Below, one piece after another: positions 1 to 8,168 of a DNA stretch of 61,411 bases. Position 1 is the first letter of the stretch; each line of letters opens with the position of its first letter. Both the position numbers and the translations under genes were made by a program. This stretch comes from an uncultured virus (IMG/VR IMGVR_UViG_3300007516_000009) (lineage: Duplodnaviria > Heunggongvirae > Uroviricota > Caudoviricetes). A model generated the notes under the pieces. The model had not been told where the DNA came from. It saw only the letters and a program-made list of their open reading frames with translations, and made no database searches. The DNA lies in IMG/VR virus record IMGVR_UViG_3300007516_000009; one strand, 5' to 3'.

Positions 1-183
1 TGATGCCAGACTTGACGCCGGACTTGATACCGGACTTGATCACAGACCTGAGGCCAGATCTCAGGCCAGACTTGATTCCGGACTTGACACTCGACTTGAT
101 GTCAGACTTGATCCCAGACCTGATGCTGGACTTTATTATGGACATGATTCCAGATATATAATTCGATCTTTAACGGATTTCAT
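1..183 (-). pseudogene. Decayed MKSV-QV repeat mini-gene, running off the window edge
   Basis: MKSVKDR start, then a frameshift; TGA in a Trp slot of the QV frame. Confidence 0.7.
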
Positions 184-192
184 TGACTTAGT

Positions 193-447
193 CTATAGTT
201 CTTCATTTACTTCTACAAACAACTCAGTCATTTGCTCTGTAGTAGAAAAATGAGCAATAACAACCAACAAAGCGTCGCAGTATTTCAGATCATAGGCCAA
301 GTCTTCTTTCGTATGATCTTCCGTCGCGGGTTGCTTCTCAATGCGCGCAATAAGCTTCTTGGTACTCTTCAAAGAATCAATCAACGACAAGCGAGTAATA
401 ATATCCGCTGTTTCGTAATCCAGCCGAATTCCTTCTAAATAGATCAT
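193..447 (-). CDS. Hypothetical protein
   Basis: 84 aa ORF with upstream GGAGG RBS. Confidence 0.7.
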   Translation of the reverse strand: MIYLEGIRLDYETADIITRLSLIDSLKSTKKLIARIEKQPATEDHTKEDLAYDLKYCDALLVVIAHFSTTEQMTELFVEVNEEL

Positions 448-570
448 AGTATGTTCCTCCAGTTAGGTTTGGTTTATTTATTTGTCCATACTCTAAAGAT
501 ATCACGCCCGATCAGTTTATAAATCCTTTGTTTTTATTGAATAATACAGCTCATATTTAACGGATTTCGT

Positions 571-894
571 CTAGTTGCTCCAGCTTTGCTGCCAGACTCG
601 AGGCCGGACTTGACGATGGACTCGATCATAGACCTGATGCGTGACTCGAATCCTGACTTGACGCTCGACTTTATTATCGACTTGATGCAAGACCTGAGGC
701 CGAACTTGATTATAGACTTGTTCCAAGACTCGCTGCTTAACTCGATGCCGAACTTGATTATAGACTGAACCCCGAACTTGACACTGGACTTGATTATAGA
801 CTTGATCAAAGACTTGATCCCGGACTCGATCATAGACTTGACGCCGAGCTTGACCCAAGACTTGAAGCACGACCTGCTTTTTAACGGATTTCAT
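571..894 (-). CDS. MKSV-QV repeat mini-protein (107 aa)
   Basis: MKSVKKQV start, (xxQV)n body. Confidence 0.8.
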   Translation of the reverse strand: MKSVKKQVVLQVLGQARRQVYDRVRDQVFDQVYNQVQCQVRGSVYNQVRHRVKQRVLEQVYNQVRPQVLHQVDNKVERQVRIRVTHQVYDRVHRQVRPRVWQQSWSN

Positions 895-1051
895 TTAGTT
901 GCTCCTGGACCTGATTATAGACTTGATCACAGACTTGATCACAGACTTGACGCCAGACTTGATGACGGACTTGATCCCGGACTTGATCCCGCATTTGACG
1001 CTGGACTTGATGACGGACTTGATCATAGACTTGCTTTTTAACGGATTTCAT
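881..1051 (-). CDS. MKSV-QV repeat mini-protein (56 aa)
   Basis: MKSVKKQVYDQV...EQLNEIR*, stop overlaps the next start region. Confidence 0.8.
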   Translation of the reverse strand: MKSVKKQVYDQVRHQVQRQMRDQVRDQVRHQVWRQVCDQVCDQVYNQVQEQLNEIR

Positions 1052-1208
1052 GTAGTTGCTCCAAGACTCGATCCATGACTCGATATGTGGCTTGGTGCCA
1101 GACTCGATGCCAGATTTGATTAAAGACTTGATTTCCAGAGTCAACTTCGACTTGTCACGCGACTTTATCTAAGACTTGATTCCGGATTTGCTCTTTAACG
1201 GATTTCAT
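1038..1208 (-). pseudogene. MKSV-QV mini-gene with one internal in-frame TGA
   Basis: MKSVKEQIRNQVLDKVA*QV...EQLHEIR*. Confidence 0.7.
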
Positions 1209-1323
1209 TCTCGACTCGATTACGGATTTCATTTCCAGACTGGGCCCAGTAGGACAAGCCGGTTCGCGAACCGGCTTGTTATCTTACTCTCCTGTTTCAG
1301 TAAGAAAGTGCGTGTTCGGCGGC

Positions 1324-1581
1324 CTATACGGCGACGCCGCCCTGGGTCCATGCCTGGAACAGGCCTACCGGCGCCATGCCTTCGGTCCCATCCTCGTGCG
1401 TCCAGCCGGCGGGCGCCTCATAGACCGTGAACCCTCGGTCCATGAAGAAGTCCACCTCCTCGAAGGGGTCGACCTCTGCGGGCGCGACCAGGTGGCATGC
1501 GCGACTCGGTGATGTGGCGCGGACCGAGCTGATGACGCCGGTGGCGAAGTCGATCAGTACGTAGGTCTTGTTGGTATCCAT
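1324..1581 (-). CDS. Hypothetical protein, paralog of 28185-28418
   Basis: Directly behind a promoter cassette; shares TYxLIDF..SPxRA..VYxAPAxW with the paralog. Confidence 0.8.
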   Translation of the reverse strand: MDTNKTYVLIDFATGVISSVRATSPSRACHLVAPAEVDPFEEVDFFMDRGFTVYEAPAGWTHEDGTEGMAPVGLFQAWTQGGVAV

Positions 1582-1656
1582 AATCTGTCTCCTGTTTCAA
1601 TATAGTTACTATATCACACTCAGAAACGATGTTAACAATTATTTTTAAAATCTTTT
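1582..1656 (-). promoter_or_regulatory. Repeated early promoter+RBS cassette, copy 1
   Basis: TTAACA-17bp-TATAGT with TG extension, then AACTATATTGAAACAGGAGA-ATG. Confidence 0.85.
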
Positions 1657-1666
1657 ATAAAGCGTA

Positions 1667-2218
1667 TTAGCCCGCAACCGCAAATATTTCTGCGATGCTA
1701 TCATATAAGTCGAATTGCCCGCAAACTAACTCATGTTTACCCGCTTTAGGAAAGTCAACTATTTTAGAATAGGGCGATTTCCGCGCGTATATCACAACAC
1801 CGGCAGTCTTATATAGTTTATTCCATACATATCGGCCGCCAGGCGATTGGCTGTCACCCGCCTTGAGTGTGATATCTAGCTTAGTCAATATGAACTTATA
1901 GAGCTTAATAGCTAGGTTGTCGCCGCGGAACCGACTATCAACTTTTAGCACATTAATGCACCACACATTACGCGCTTTTGATAGTCCCACTAAAGCAACA
2001 ACTCGATGTTGAGTTTCCATCTCAGACGGAGACTCAACTAGCCAACTATCTCGTCGAACTCGCTTAGTTCTACAGTCATATGCCCGGACTATAATACTCC
2101 ATTGATCTACGGTTTCAATATAAATATCGTACCCAGAAACACGACCGATAAGTTTCTGATCGTCACGGCGATCATACCCAAGCGTGACTCTTTTGTCCAT
2201 CTCAATTCTGTCGACCAT
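1667..2218 (-). CDS. GNAT-like acetyltransferase-fold protein
   Basis: VDSRFRGDNLAIKLY (motif-A-like) and QSPGGRYVW. Confidence 0.5.
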   Translation of the reverse strand: MVDRIEMDKRVTLGYDRRDDQKLIGRVSGYDIYIETVDQWSIIVRAYDCRTKRVRRDSWLVESPSEMETQHRVVALVGLSKARNVWCINVLKVDSRFRGDNLAIKLYKFILTKLDITLKAGDSQSPGGRYVWNKLYKTAGVVIYARKSPYSKIVDFPKAGKHELVCGQFDLYDSIAEIFAVAG

Positions 2219-2285
2219 TGGACTTTTCTACTTTCTCAATATTAAGTATATCATAACTGACTGTTGGTAACAGAAATATGGCTGG

Positions 2286-2498
2286 TCATCCTCGGATTTC
2301 ATGTAGTTGCTCCCAGACCTGATGCCGGACTCGAATACTGACTTGACGCCAGACTTGCTGCAAGACTCGATCACAGACTCGATTGTGGACTTGATACAAG
2401 ACTTGATACTCACAGACTTGATCTCGGACTTGACGCTCGACTTGATCCCAGACTTGATATTGGACTTGATCCTGGAGTTGATATTTAACGGATTTCAT
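2286..2498 (-). CDS. MKSV-QV repeat mini-protein (70 aa)
   Basis: MKSVK start, xxQV repeats, EQLHEIRG end. Confidence 0.8.
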   Translation of the reverse strand: MKSVKYQLQDQVQYQVWDQVERQVRDQVCEYQVLYQVHNRVCDRVLQQVWRQVSIRVRHQVWEQLHEIRG

Positions 2499-2607
2499 TT
2501 AGTTGCTCCTGGACTCGACCTGTAACTTGCCGCCGAACTTGATGCCAGACTTGACGCTCGACTTGCTGCCAGACTTGATTATAAACTTGATCTGTAACAG
2601 ATTTCAT
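2485..2607 (-). CDS. MKSV-QV repeat mini-protein (40 aa)
   Basis: Hand-translated MKSVTDQVYNQVWQQV...EQLNEIR*; AGGAG RBS. Confidence 0.75.
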   Translation of the reverse strand: MKSVTDQVYNQVWQQVERQVWHQVRRQVTGRVQEQLNEIR

Positions 2608-2622
2608 CTAGTTCTCCTTGAC

Positions 2623-2811
2623 TTAACCCAAGACTTGATCCCGAACTCGATTTCCGATTCGATCCCAGACTCGATTTCCGATTCGATCCCAGACTCGATC
2701 ATCGACTCGATTCCAGACTTGATTCCGGACTTGACCCCGGACTTGATCATCGACTTTATCCCGGACTTGATACCGGACTTGATTATAAACTTGATCTTTA
2801 ACAGATTTCAT
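2623..2811 (-). CDS. MKSV-QV repeat mini-protein (62 aa)
   Basis: ORF track; AGGAG RBS. Confidence 0.8.
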   Translation of the reverse strand: MKSVKDQVYNQVRYQVRDKVDDQVRGQVRNQVWNRVDDRVWDRIGNRVWDRIGNRVRDQVLG

Positions 2812-2826
2812 CTAGTTCTCCTTGAC

Positions 2827-2931
2827 TTAACCCAAGACTTGACGCAAGACTTGATACCGGACTTGACGCTCGACTTGATTATAGACTTGATCCCAGATTT
2901 GATCCCAGACTTGCGCTTTAACGGATTTCAT
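2827..2931 (-). CDS. MKSV-QV repeat mini-protein (34 aa)
   Basis: Hand-translated MKSVKAQVWDQIWDQV...QVLG*. Confidence 0.75.
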   Translation of the reverse strand: MKSVKAQVWDQIWDQVYNQVERQVRYQVLRQVLG

Positions 2932-3136
2932 CTAGTTGCTCCCAGACTTGATCCCAGACTTGATACCGGACTTGATCCTCGACTTTATCCCGGACTCGAT
3001 TCCAGACTTGATTCCGGACTTGACCCCGGACTTGATCATCGACTTTATCCCGGACTCGATTCCAGACTTGATTCCGGACTTGACCCCGGACTTGATCATC
3101 GACTTGATCATGGACTTGATGTTTAACGGATTTCAT
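2918..3136 (-). CDS. MKSV-QV repeat mini-protein (72 aa)
   Basis: ORF track; contains an exact 60-bp tandem duplication. Confidence 0.8.
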   Translation of the reverse strand: MKSVKHQVHDQVDDQVRGQVRNQVWNRVRDKVDDQVRGQVRNQVWNRVRDKVEDQVRYQVWDQVWEQLDEIR

Positions 3137-3197
3137 CTAGTTGTTCCTTAACTTGATCATAGACTCGATCCCAGACTTGATGTTTAACGGATTTCAT
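3123..3197 (-). CDS. MKSV-QV repeat mini-protein (24 aa)
   Basis: MKSVKHQVWDRVYDQVKEQLDEIR*. Confidence 0.7.
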   Translation of the reverse strand: MKSVKHQVWDRVYDQVKEQLDEIR

Positions 3198-3212
3198 CTA
3201 GTTCTCCTTGAC

Positions 3213-3401
3213 TTAACCCCAGACTTGATGCCAGACTTGATGCCAGACTCGCTTACCGACTCGATGCCGAACTTGATTATAGACTGAATTCCGAACTTGA
3301 CGCTGGACTTGATTATAGGCTTGATTCCAGACTTGACGCTCGACTTGATGCCAGACTTGACGCTCGACTTGATTATAAACTTGATCTTTAACAGATTTCA
3401 T
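3213..3401 (-). CDS. MKSV-QV repeat mini-protein (62 aa)
   Basis: ORF track; AGGAG RBS. Confidence 0.8.
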   Translation of the reverse strand: MKSVKDQVYNQVERQVWHQVERQVWNQAYNQVQRQVRNSVYNQVRHRVGKRVWHQVWHQVWG

Positions 3402-3416
3402 CTAGTTCTCCTTGAC

Positions 3417-3557
3417 TTAACCCCAGACTTGATGCCAGACTTGATGCCAGACTCGCTTACCGACTTGATGCCGGACTTGATCATAGACTTGATACCGGAC
3501 TTGATCCTCGACTTGATGACGGACTTGATTATAAACTTGATCTTTAACAGATTTCAT
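3417..3557 (-). CDS. MKSV-QV repeat mini-protein (46 aa)
   Basis: Hand-translated MKSVKDQVYNQVRHQV...QVWG*. Confidence 0.75.
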   Translation of the reverse strand: MKSVKDQVYNQVRHQVEDQVRYQVYDQVRHQVGKRVWHQVWHQVWG

Positions 3558-3572
3558 CTAGTTCTCCTTGAC

Positions 3573-3809
3573 TTAACCCCAGACTTGACGCTGGACTTGA
3601 TCATAGACTCGATTCCCGACTTGACGCCAGACTTGATCATAGACTTGACGCTGGACTTGACGCTGGACTTGACCCCAGACTTGATCATCGACTTGATCCT
3701 GGACTTGACGCTGGACTTGATGCAAGACTTGATGCAAGACTTGACGCTCGACTTTATCATAGACCTGAGGCCGGACTTGATCCCGGATTTGCTTTTTAAC
3801 GGATTTCAT
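3573..3809 (-). CDS. MKSV-QV repeat mini-protein (78 aa)
   Basis: ORF track. Confidence 0.8.
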   Translation of the reverse strand: MKSVKKQIRDQVRPQVYDKVERQVLHQVLHQVQRQVQDQVDDQVWGQVQRQVQRQVYDQVWRQVGNRVYDQVQRQVWG

Positions 3810-3954
3810 TTATCTGATCCTTAACTTGATGCCAGACTTGATCCTGGACTTGATCCCGGACTTGATCATCGACTCGACCCAAGGCTTGATCCCAGACTTG
3901 ATGCCAGACTTGCTGCTCGACTCGATCATGGACTTGCGCTTTAACGGATTTCAT
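3796..3954 (-). CDS. MKSV-QV repeat mini-protein (52 aa)
   Basis: Hand-translated MKSVKAQVHDRV...DQINEIR*. Confidence 0.75.
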   Translation of the reverse strand: MKSVKAQVHDRVEQQVWHQVWDQALGRVDDQVRDQVQDQVWHQVKDQINEIR

Positions 3955-4039
3955 CTAGTTGCTCCCAGACTTGATCCCAGACTTGATCATAGACTTGACC
4001 CGTGACTTGATCCCGGATTTGCTTTTTAACGGATTTCAT
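3941..4039 (-). CDS. MKSV-QV repeat mini-protein (32 aa)
   Basis: MKSVKKQIRDQVTGQVYDQVWDQVWEQLDEIR*. Confidence 0.75.
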   Translation of the reverse strand: MKSVKKQIRDQVTGQVYDQVWDQVWEQLDEIR

Positions 4040-4257
4040 TTATCTGATCCCTGACTTAATCCCCAACTTGATCCATCGACTTGATCCCAGACTAGATCCC
4101 AGGCTTGACGCTGGACTTGCTCATGGACTTGATGCCGGACTTGATCCTCGACTCGATTCCCGACTCGATGCCAGACTTGATCCCCGACTCGATCATAGGT
4201 GCGAGGCCAGACTTGCTCCCGGCCTTGCTGCCAGACTTGCGTTTTAACGGATTTCAT
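4036..4257 (-). CDS. MKSV-QV repeat mini-protein, first gene of the array
   Basis: GAGG RBS, MKSVKTQV start; the C-terminus drifts out of the repeat frame. Confidence 0.8.
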   Translation of the reverse strand: MKSVKTQVWQQGREQVWPRTYDRVGDQVWHRVGNRVEDQVRHQVHEQVQRQAWDLVWDQVDGSSWGLSQGSDK

Positions 4258-4283
4258 AACAAACCTCATATAATCCTATGATA

Positions 4284-4312
4284 ACTATATCACACAGAGA
4301 TCGTAATGTCAA
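4284..4312 (-). promoter_or_regulatory. Sigma70-type early promoter driving the MKSV array
   Basis: TTGACA(4312-4307)-17bp-TATAGT(4289-4284) with TG extension. Confidence 0.8.
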
Positions 4313-4315
4313 TCT

Positions 4316-5170
4316 TTAGATTGGGCCAGACGTAGTATCAGATCCGAGCGTGTGGGTATGAGTTTTAAGACTAATTGCATCCACTATAATATCACCTGAA
4401 GCAGCAACTTCGGTAAGCGATCCAGCAATATTTGTTATAACATTACCGGCAACATCAGTAGTCATATTCCCAGCAACAGTCCATGTTATGTTACCGTCGA
4501 TTATTACTTCCATATCGCCAGTAATATGAAGCCGGTCATTACCAGTAACTGAGCGCCAGCCATTTTTATGCTGTGTAACTACATCTCCATTAGGGTGTAT
4601 CTCAATAAACGTACCAGAGTTATGATAAATATGGATTCGTTCCGCACCCGGAGTATCGTCAAATTCCAATAAGTGGCCAGACTCGGTCTGCATAGTATGA
4701 TTCCGCGGATACACAGCTGCATACGGATCATTGGGTTCATCAATAGTGGGGTCAGTGACTTTAGTTATGTTTTTAATACCGCGTGCTCGCCGAGAAACAT
4801 CCGGTTCTTCTATTCTAGTTGGGTAAGTCCCGGTTGGATCATTAAAGCCTTTTGTTATGTCTGCAAAGTCTGTAGGTATGCCAGCGATAGTTCCAAAGAC
4901 CATTGGTCGTTGTGCTTCGTGTCCATCAAGAAAGAATCCAATGACCCACGATCCTTCTACAAGACCAGAAGTTGAGCCGATATCGCCCATAGAAGCACTA
5001 GTGACCGGATTAATAGTCTGGGCCCATGGTAATGAGGCTGTTGGTACTTCGGTCTTATTAGCGGAATGAAAGCTAAAGCATCGCACTCGGACTCGACCAA
5101 GTTCAAGCGGATCATCTCGCGCTTCGACTACACCAAACCACCAGATAAATTCATCACCTAAGTTCTTCAT
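4316..5170 (-). CDS. gp5: Baseplate central spike gp5-like, without lysozyme domain
   Basis: WWFGVVE..DPLELGRVRVR OB-fold; TESGHLLEFDDTPGAERI; beta-helix repeats; C-terminal HTH motif. Confidence 0.92.
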   Translation of the reverse strand: MKNLGDEFIWWFGVVEARDDPLELGRVRVRCFSFHSANKTEVPTASLPWAQTINPVTSASMGDIGSTSGLVEGSWVIGFFLDGHEAQRPMVFGTIAGIPTDFADITKGFNDPTGTYPTRIEEPDVSRRARGIKNITKVTDPTIDEPNDPYAAVYPRNHTMQTESGHLLEFDDTPGAERIHIYHNSGTFIEIHPNGDVVTQHKNGWRSVTGNDRLHITGDMEVIIDGNITWTVAGNMTTDVAGNVITNIAGSLTEVAASGDIIVDAISLKTHTHTLGSDTTSGPI

Positions 5171-6603
5171 AGCAATATAGACTCCTCTTCCATTACAAGT
5201 TCCCTAGATTCTTCAAGTACTTTCTTAGCATATGTATCCTTAACACACTCAAGCACCGTAAAGAATGTATTATCCTTCTTATTATAAGTATGCCGAACAG
5301 CGGTAACAAAGAACTTCTTGCCATGAAGTAGATTCAATCGTGTCATATACTCATCTATTTCACTACTCTGAGGTATATGGAGATTAACAACAGCTCCAAT
5401 CTCTATATCAGTATTGCCAGGAATGCCAACAGTAACCACAATGTTATTGAGCTGAAGCCGTGAAACAACATCATACTTCATAAAGCGATGTAGCCTCCGT
5501 GGGTTCTGCAACTGCGGATCATTAGCTAACGCACCAGCCAGATAGCTCTTATTCGTATAGTTCTCACCAAGATTAGAAACAATGTAGTTCTTCGACCGAG
5601 CTTCATGCGGCCGACCGAAGATAGATTCATGTGAGTACGGTAGATTAAGCTCCAGATGACTAATCTTCTGATAATCTCGGCCGTACTGGAATGTATCTTC
5701 CGTGTACTTCTTGAGGATAGGATCGATAGTATCCACTCGGTGAGCATATAAGCCATTATGCATGTTCTCACGTGTATCTAACTGCTTCTCGAACGTGATG
5801 CTAGTGATCTTCTGATAGTCCCGGATAGTATCTTCGCCAGTATTCCGGCCCTCTTCGAGTAACGCATCTACCAGATAGAAATCCTCTACCGGCGGCATAG
5901 CCAGCAGAGAATCCAGTGTCCGGAAGTACCAGCCGTCGTATGACTCATAGAAGACGAAGTTAGATGCCCGTGAGCCATCTGAGAACGGCGTAGTTTCTAC
6001 CAGATGGCCAGTGTCGTTATAACAACGCACCAACCCCGAAGCGGCGGTTTCTGCTTCTGCACAGATTTGATTGATTTTTTGAAGTGGTGATGCTCTACTA
6101 AATAAGAAGTGATGTGTTCCAGAAGTTTCTTGGAGATACAGATTTTTTTTTCGTACGTGCATGTGATCAGTGGGAGTTGCCTTTAGATACCTATCATATA
6201 TAGAGCGAACTATGGATGTAGCTGGTAAGCCTGAGTATGTTGCGGAGAAACTGGTGTTTTCATTAGAAATAAGTTCTTGTGATGCTGCTCGGAGGATATA
6301 CACGTCAGAGCGGACGGTTTCTTTGCTTCTATTCTCTATCTTATATACTCGGAATACATAAGTTCTTAGTTTTTGTAGTGATGGAGTACGAAAGCTGAGA
6401 AGAATAGTTTCATCTCCTACTATTGGAGTCAGTTCTATAGTTCCATTAGAATCTACCATAAGAAGTTCTAGTTCAGTGCCCGAACCCATGATATCATGGA
6501 AGATCGTGTATTCGAGCATAAGGTCCCGAATATCAAGAAGATTTCTTCTATAGTTCATTAGAAAACATTGAACTAATTCTAAATCATATATCTTATACTC
6601 CAT
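5167..6603 (-). CDS. Baseplate hub protein (gp27-like)
   Basis: Lies between gp53 and gp5; FVFYESYDGWYFRTLDSL and IPGN..G motifs. Confidence 0.7.
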   Translation of the reverse strand: MEYKIYDLELVQCFLMNYRRNLLDIRDLMLEYTIFHDIMGSGTELELLMVDSNGTIELTPIVGDETILLSFRTPSLQKLRTYVFRVYKIENRSKETVRSDVYILRAASQELISNENTSFSATYSGLPATSIVRSIYDRYLKATPTDHMHVRKKNLYLQETSGTHHFLFSRASPLQKINQICAEAETAASGLVRCYNDTGHLVETTPFSDGSRASNFVFYESYDGWYFRTLDSLLAMPPVEDFYLVDALLEEGRNTGEDTIRDYQKITSITFEKQLDTRENMHNGLYAHRVDTIDPILKKYTEDTFQYGRDYQKISHLELNLPYSHESIFGRPHEARSKNYIVSNLGENYTNKSYLAGALANDPQLQNPRRLHRFMKYDVVSRLQLNNIVVTVGIPGNTDIEIGAVVNLHIPQSSEIDEYMTRLNLLHGKKFFVTAVRHTYNKKDNTFFTVLECVKDTYAKKVLEESRELVMEEESILL

Positions 6604-7160
6604 TATGCGAAAAGTCCAGTGGCTTCAGATAAAAAGCGCGATAGATAAGCAATATCCAATACCTTTATCGTCCGACGAGATTCGTTGAGCCGCTCCTCGT
6701 ACTCATACTGAGTTAATGTCCGGCGGTCATTAGCCGCAAGTGTAGCATACGTAGTTGCGTCTACCGTAATATAGCGCTCTGGAAGAACAACCCCATCATA
6801 CTGGACTGACTGGACCCGAAGTATCTGCTCATAACTGTGTATAGTCGTCATTGCACTGTCTACTGACCCATACTTACTTTTAATATAACTAAGGAAAACT
6901 GAATACGATAATGGTAAATCATACGCTGGATCAAGAATATCATTGACTACAAGCAAAACCCAATCCAATGTAGGATCACCGTAATACCTGTCAGCAATAT
7001 ACTCAAGGGACTGACCATCCGATAAATCATGCGTATAATAAAGCGCCGACCGAGTTCGTAATACATCCCTGAGCTTATACCGAGCAAATAAATTCCTGAC
7101 TGTTCGCGCTCCGCCTATATCGTAACTTATAACTGGATGTTTATTAAAAAAGAATGACAT
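6603..7160 (-). CDS. gp53: Baseplate wedge subunit gp53
   Basis: IADRYYGDPTLDWVLLVVNDI LysM-like motif; YEYEERLNE. Confidence 0.9.
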   Translation of the reverse strand: MSFFFNKHPVISYDIGGARTVRNLFARYKLRDVLRTRSALYYTHDLSDGQSLEYIADRYYGDPTLDWVLLVVNDILDPAYDLPLSYSVFLSYIKSKYGSVDSAMTTIHSYEQILRVQSVQYDGVVLPERYITVDATTYATLAANDRRTLTQYEYEERLNESRRTIKVLDIAYLSRFLSEATGLFA

Positions 7161-7164
7161 ATAC

Positions 7165-8127
7165 CTACCTATTATATTCGTTAATTTCATTTTTAGTAAT
7201 AATAGCAACTTCTTGGAAACTTAACGTAAGCTGAATAGCAACAGGCGCCTTCTGTGACGTTCCATCGTCATTCTCAACCGAATGATACAACGGAATGCCC
7301 TCTGCATGATAATTAACCTCTACCGACTTTAATACCGATGGCGCTACGTTAAATAGAAAATCGTCATGATGAAAATCAATATCAAACTGCTCTGGGTATT
7401 CGAAGAAATGCTGATTCAAGTTCCTTTCAAGGAAATAATCCGGCGCTGAATGATACTTGAGAAGCTTGATGATATCAAGAATAGCAACCGACTCAGTATA
7501 ATCTTTAGCAATAAGCTTCCAACTAAACTGATGCTCGCGCAGCTGAGGTGCGTTATATACCAGCGCCATGAACGGATTGCGCGCCAGACCAGCACCAACC
7601 ATAGCACCCGCTGCCATTACACCAACACCCGGTAATGCTTCAATAACTCCAAGGACCGCCGACGCGGCAAACCCACCAGCCGCCTGAGCAATTCCGGTTT
7701 TTCGTTGAAATGTTGCCGCCGCAGACGTAAGATCACCGCTTGAAAGTCCACCATTCCAAACATCGTCTGCTAGCGATTTGATACCAGCTCCACCGTTCTC
7801 AATTTCTCTTCGAGTAAACGCGCCTGCGCCCGCTGCAAGGTTGCCAATATTACTTAATCCAGTCGTTGAGTAGTCTTGACCGTATATAGTACCTACGTTT
7901 AGTGGCATAGGCAAGAAAATACGGGCGATGTCTTCTTTTATTGAATAATCATCCCGTTTTCTAAATACGCGATGGTTAATTCTAATCGCCATCCAATGGT
8001 CTATTTCTTCAATGTTAGCTGGAAAAAAATAACTCTTTTGTTTTTTTTCAAGCGCGAATTCTAAATCGCTTTTAGCATTACGAGCAAAGTTCAGCTTACC
8101 GCTTAATTTTGCATTACTCTTGGCCAT
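7165..8127 (-). CDS. gp48: Baseplate tail-tube cap gp48
   Basis: IFLPMP; NPFMALVY..PQLREHQFSWKL; LTLSFQE. Confidence 0.85.
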   Translation of the reverse strand: MAKSNAKLSGKLNFARNAKSDLEFALEKKQKSYFFPANIEEIDHWMAIRINHRVFRKRDDYSIKEDIARIFLPMPLNVGTIYGQDYSTTGLSNIGNLAAGAGAFTRREIENGGAGIKSLADDVWNGGLSSGDLTSAAATFQRKTGIAQAAGGFAASAVLGVIEALPGVGVMAAGAMVGAGLARNPFMALVYNAPQLREHQFSWKLIAKDYTESVAILDIIKLLKYHSAPDYFLERNLNQHFFEYPEQFDIDFHHDDFLFNVAPSVLKSVEVNYHAEGIPLYHSVENDDGTSQKAPVAIQLTLSFQEVAIITKNEINEYNR

Positions 8128-8128
8128 A

Positions 8129-8168
8129 TATAAATACCCTTGTAAGAAATTATCAATAGATATTTATA
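8129..8168. promoter_or_regulatory. Divergent T4-type late promoters
   Basis: TATAAATA at 8129-8136 (+) and 8161-8168 (-). Confidence 0.85.

Larger units (their letters stand above)
1..4257 (-). repeat. Array of MKSV(K)-(xxQV)n mini-genes built from a 12-bp repeat (NNNNNN-CAA-GTC), in two blocks, 1-1232 and 2228-4257
   Basis: GACTTG/GACTCG recurs every 12 bp on the + strand. About 19 ATGAAATC(C/T)G starts on the - strand, with conserved junctions. Confidence 0.95.

Noticed and set aside
1038..1208. TGA recoding suggested by in-frame TGAs in repeat units
   Set aside because: Core genes are intact under the standard code, several end in TGA, and no UCA-anticodon tRNA was found; decay is the simpler explanation.
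586..3824. Plus-strand LDLIPDL ORFs and alternate-frame IKSGIES ORFs
   Set aside because: They are shadow frames of the 12-bp repeat; promoter, RBSs and start motif all support the QV frame on the - strand.
1..4257. CRISPR array
   Set aside because: The sequences between conserved junctions vary widely in length, consist of 12-bp repeats and form ORFs with RBSs; no cas genes are in the window.
1..4257. Diversity-generating retroelement target
   Set aside because: No reverse transcriptase is in the window, and I saw no template/variable pair differing only at adenines.
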